Shown in pieces: positions 59,931-64,000 of a DNA stretch of 64,000 bases (position 1 is its first letter; each line of letters starts with the position of its first letter). A program made the position numbers and the translations under genes. Under the pieces are notes generated by a model. It did no database searches, was not told the origin of the DNA, and saw only the letters and a list, made by a program, of their open reading frames with translations. The DNA is taken from positions 94,860,001-94,924,000 of the forward strand of contig NC_042998.1 in the NCBI RefSeq assembly GCF_006345805.1, in the 5' to 3' direction. Source of the stretch: Octopus sinensis. Taxonomy: Eukaryota.

Positions 59931-60684
59931 AAAGGCAAAGTTGACCACGGCAGAATTTGAACTCAGAACGTAATAGCAGACGATATACTAAGCATTTTGC
60001 CTGGCGTGCTAACGATTCTGCCAGCTCGCTGCCTTACAAGCATATATATATATATAGTTAAAAACTAATGATTTGTACAATGAACTCAGAGCAGGATTGA
60101 AGTTATGGGTTAGATACGGTTTATCTAGAGAAAAGTAGGGGAGCTAAGTACACCCATTACTTAATAACAAGTCCCCCTAATCATGAAGTCAATAAGCAAA
60201 CCAAATATATGAAATGTCTGCGTTAACGAATAATCTGCATGTGTACAAGTAAAATTTCTGAATATCTAAACAAGCTGCATATATTTGGAGAGAATTGTAT
60301 TTTATAATGCAGAAATATGAAGGCATTAAAAGTGGGGTTAGTTTTGGTGTTTACACAGGGATGCTGTGTGCAAATATGATTGGCATATAAGGGGACTTGC
60401 ATCCTGCCAACAGAATGTGTAAATAACATCTGTATGTACATGTAGGGAGTTGAATCTTGCTAGTAAATAGAATGGTGTGTGTGTGTCAATGTGTGTCAGT
60501 GTGTGTGTGTGTGTGTGCCAGTGTGTGTGTGTGTGTGTGTGTGTTTGTATGTGATCATGTGCATGTACATGTGTGCATGTGTTGGTGGGCGGAGTAGGGT
60601 TGGGGCCTGGTTGAGTCTGTGTAAATTCTGAAACATGCAAATAATGTTTTTAAGAGAAACTATACCAGCTAAACCCCTTTAAGT

Positions 60685-61132
60685 ATTGATGATGATGATG
60701 ATGATGATAGTGGTGAAGTTGTTGGTGGTGGTGGAGTTATTGTTGGTGGTGGTGATGGCAGCAATAGCAGTAGTGTTGCTGTTGGCTCCTTCTGCTGTAA
60801 ATGATGATGGTATGCAGAAGAATAGAAAGGTGATGAAGATGATGATGATGACAATGATGGCGATGATGATGATGATGGTGATTCTAGGGAAAAAAGGGTG
60901 ACAAAGTAATGATTATGGTGACGGCGACAACGATGGCAGCAAGTCAATATAATGGGAACATAATGAGGATGATGATGAGGACGACGATAATGATGATGGT
61001 GATGATGATGGTGATGATGATGATGACGACGATGATGGTGGTGGTGGTGGTGGTGGTGATAATGACAATGACAGAAAAACAATCTAAGTGTTATAGAGAT
61101 GATGATGGTGATAACGATGATGATGATGATGG

Positions 61133-61163
<31 letters not shown>

Positions 61164-62035
61164 GATGATGACAACGACAACAGCGATGATGATAAGTAGA
61201 AATGATAGTGATGTTAGATATGATGATGATGGCAAGATAGTAAAGATGATGATAATAGATAATGATGTTCAGATGATGATGATGATGACGACAATGATGA
61301 TGAGTAGGTGGCAGCAGTAGTGGTGGTGGTGGTGGTCGTGATGGTGGTGGTTGCGGTCATGATAGTTGCGTTGATGTGATGATAATCATGATGATAGTAT
61401 TGGTAGAAGGATGATGATAATGTGGTAGAGGTGGTGGTGGAGGTGGAGGTGGTGTCAGCGGTAGTAGTGGTGGAGATGATGCTGATTGTGGTGGCAATGG
61501 CCATGAGACTAATGATGATGATGATGATATTTCTGTTGTGGTAGTGCTGTTGTGGCAATGATGATGGCAACATTATTATTATTATATTATTATTATTATT
61601 TTTATTATTATTATTTGCTGCTGTTTTTATTATTTTTGCTGTTATTTTCATCATTATTATTATTGTTATTATTATTATTGTTATTATTATTATTGTTATT
61701 ATTATTATTATTATTGTTATTATTATTATTATTGTTATTATTATATTATTATTATTATTATTATTATCATTATTATTATTATTATTAGTAGTAGTAGTGA
61801 TGGTGGTGCTGCTGTTGCTGCTGGTGGTGGCAGCAGTGGTGGTAGCGATTATGATGATGACAACAATGATATTAGTAGCTGTGGTAGTAGTGATGATAAA
61901 GGTGATTGTGATGGTGGTGATGATGATGATGATGATGATTGTTATGTCAGTAGTAGTGGTGATGATGATGATGATGATTATGGTGACAGCGGCAGTGGTG
62001 GTTGTGGTTGTGGCGATATCTTTTATGTATGAACA
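60685..62035. repeat. 1.35-kb compound trinucleotide low-complexity field (GAT/GGT/TAT/GTA)
   Basis: Directly visible; includes ~220 bp of (TAT/TGT)n at 61570-61790. Confidence 0.95.
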
Positions 62036-62394
62036 GCCAAAGTAAGAGAGAGAGGAGAGAGAGAGAAAACAACAGAAAGAAAGGGAGAGAAAGACAGAGA
62101 GTGAGGGACTGAGAACAAGAGAGAGAGAAAGAGAGAGAGTGAGAGAAGAGAAAATTCACCAGAGCAAAATAGGCGGCTGTAGCAGAGAAACTGCTTTTAG
62201 TAGGTGCACCACTTTAAGAGACTATTTAAGGCTGAACACTAAGCATGACATTGGTGCTAAGTGAATAACAGATGATGGGATAGTAGTATTTTAAACTGAA
62301 CTTGTAGGTTTGACTAGGTTCTAGTTAGTTAACTAGTACTACCTAAACAGTGTTAACTAATACAATTTACCCTAACACATGCATTTATTTGTAT

Positions 62395-62397
62395 GCA

Positions 62398-62436
<39 letters not shown>

Positions 62437-62487
62437 ATATCTATATATATATATATACATATATATAAGTATATGTATGTATATATG

Positions 62488-62526
<39 letters not shown>
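62395..62526. repeat. (TATC)n and (TA)n microsatellites
   Basis: Directly visible. Confidence 0.95.
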
Positions 62527-62529
<3 letters not shown>

Positions 62530-64000
62530 AGAATAGCTGTAGTCTTTTGAGATGCATATGTAATAGAAGAAAGAGAAGCTGATTAGACTTACTAACCAGC
62601 ATTAAATCTATCACCTCTAATTAGTAGAATAGATTAATTAATAATTTATAACGGTTGCTCTTGTTGTTATATTTTAGTGTTGCTGATAGGTATTGTATGT
62701 AGTGTTGTGGTAAGTTCCTGTGTTTATTATACGTGGGTTCAATAAGCAAATACGATCACCATTACTTAACATAACATGTATCTTGTCAACCAAAAGAGCA
62801 CCAAGTTGGAACCACTAAAGTTCCATTATGCCTTACAGATCTAGAGGCACAAAGCTTAGAGAAAAAAGCAGGGTGGTCATAGATGGATCGTCTTTGATCA
62901 CAGATCTGTTTGATCATGGCCAACTTGGTAACAATAATATGAGGTATCATCGTTTGTGTCCTCTTCCGTGATGTCATTGGGTTGCAGAGATTATCGTCAT
63001 CCAAGTCAGTTCTTACATCGAACAACTGCTCTTCTAGAGGGGTCAGGAGATCAAATCTCATTAGAATATTCTATTTTTGAGTATAAATTCTATAGTTAAA
63101 TGCTCTTCTTAACACCAACCACTTTACAGGGTGTATACCCTATTTGATGCTAGATGACATACATTTTTCGAAAAAAAAAAGTCTTGAAAAATTCCCCTTG
63201 GTGCTCTATGTGAAGGTGGACCTATATCATATACTTTAAGGCGCTAAAAACTATTTTCATGAATATGTGCTGCTGAAATTAGGGTGTGTCTAATATATCT
63301 CTCTTTCTCTGTATCTTTTACACCATCAAATACGATATATGGTGTTATAAACAAGTGGTACATGTTGATGTAGATATCAGCTTAATTAGTGAGGTGTATT
63401 CACAGCCAAGATACCATTGCTGTTTGAGCTATTACATTTCACTAATCACTCAAGAAATGCATAAACATCACAGCTTCCTATTCCTTCTAATCTAAATACA
63501 TCAAGCCAATGAGAAAGCCACTATGAGGTTACCCAACTGGTTAGAAATGGTAATCAAATCTACTTCAAATTACTTCCTCACCTTTTCTGTAAAAATACAT
63601 TGGATAATGTAGTCATAAATGTACTATATTTGACAATAAGAGTGGATGGTCAGAGCAGGACTGCTTCTGATCATAAGTCTGTTTGATCAAGATTTACAAA
63701 ACCACATCCAGTCATATGCTTGTGCTGGAAATAGCTGCATTACACATGTAACAGCATCTCTAATAATAACCTGGTAGTGCTGGTTGCTGTATGCGAAGAA
63801 GCCTTGGTAACATTAATGCCAACTCTTCCACTCAGAATTTCTGACGAGGTCAACTAAAGAATGTATAATTTTAAAACAGCCCACAGTATACTACTGGTAT
63901 TTATATTACTAATCTCAAGGGAGATGAATGGAAAAGTCAACTCCATTGAATTTGAACTCAGAACTCAGGTAAAAATAAATGCTCTAAAGGAGGATATTGC

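Noticed and set aside
63841-63880. CTGACGAGGTC hammerhead-like start
   Set aside because: It is a decayed copy of the SINE segment TTCCGCCGAGGTCGAC; no stem II or GAAA.

Overview
AT-rich eukaryotic non-coding DNA (intron or intergenic), saturated with microsatellites and transposable-element debris. The repeat landscape suggests an octopod cephalopod; this is an inference and was not checked against any database. I found no intact protein-coding gene, rRNA, functional tRNA or CRISPR array. The ORF track is almost entirely microsatellite or TE read-through. Recognisable elements: (i) about 25 or more copies of one ~170-bp retroposon 3' end with a (GAT)n tail, shown by two longer copies (6.3-8.4 kb, 44.4-46.4 kb) to be the 3' end of RTE-clade LINEs whose RT carries a PHD-type C4HC3 insertion; (ii) at least four tRNA-derived SINE families, several with clear TSDs; (iii) two Penelope-like (GIY-YIG) retroelement relics and one R4/Dong-like RLE element; (iv) internally deleted mariner, piggyBac and pogo/Tigger transposons, MITEs, and an LTR fragment. 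The most interesting signals are RNA-structural. There are five hammerhead-ribozyme-like motifs from about four families. Two of them lie in a TSD-flanked composite at 53.4-53.8 kb in which a tRNA-like Pol III head is fused to a hammerhead-bearing Penelope-type tail, with an inverted tail copy in front (a candidate Penelope-dependent ribozyme SINE). There is also a covarying 14-nt-loop hairpin in the RTE 3'UTR that is amplified ninefold in one copy, and a 108-bp spacer-less palindrome. A possible RFX X-box promoter (24.3 kb) and a few candidate exons are reported at low confidence. Boundaries of degenerate elements are approximate; all alignments were done by eye.
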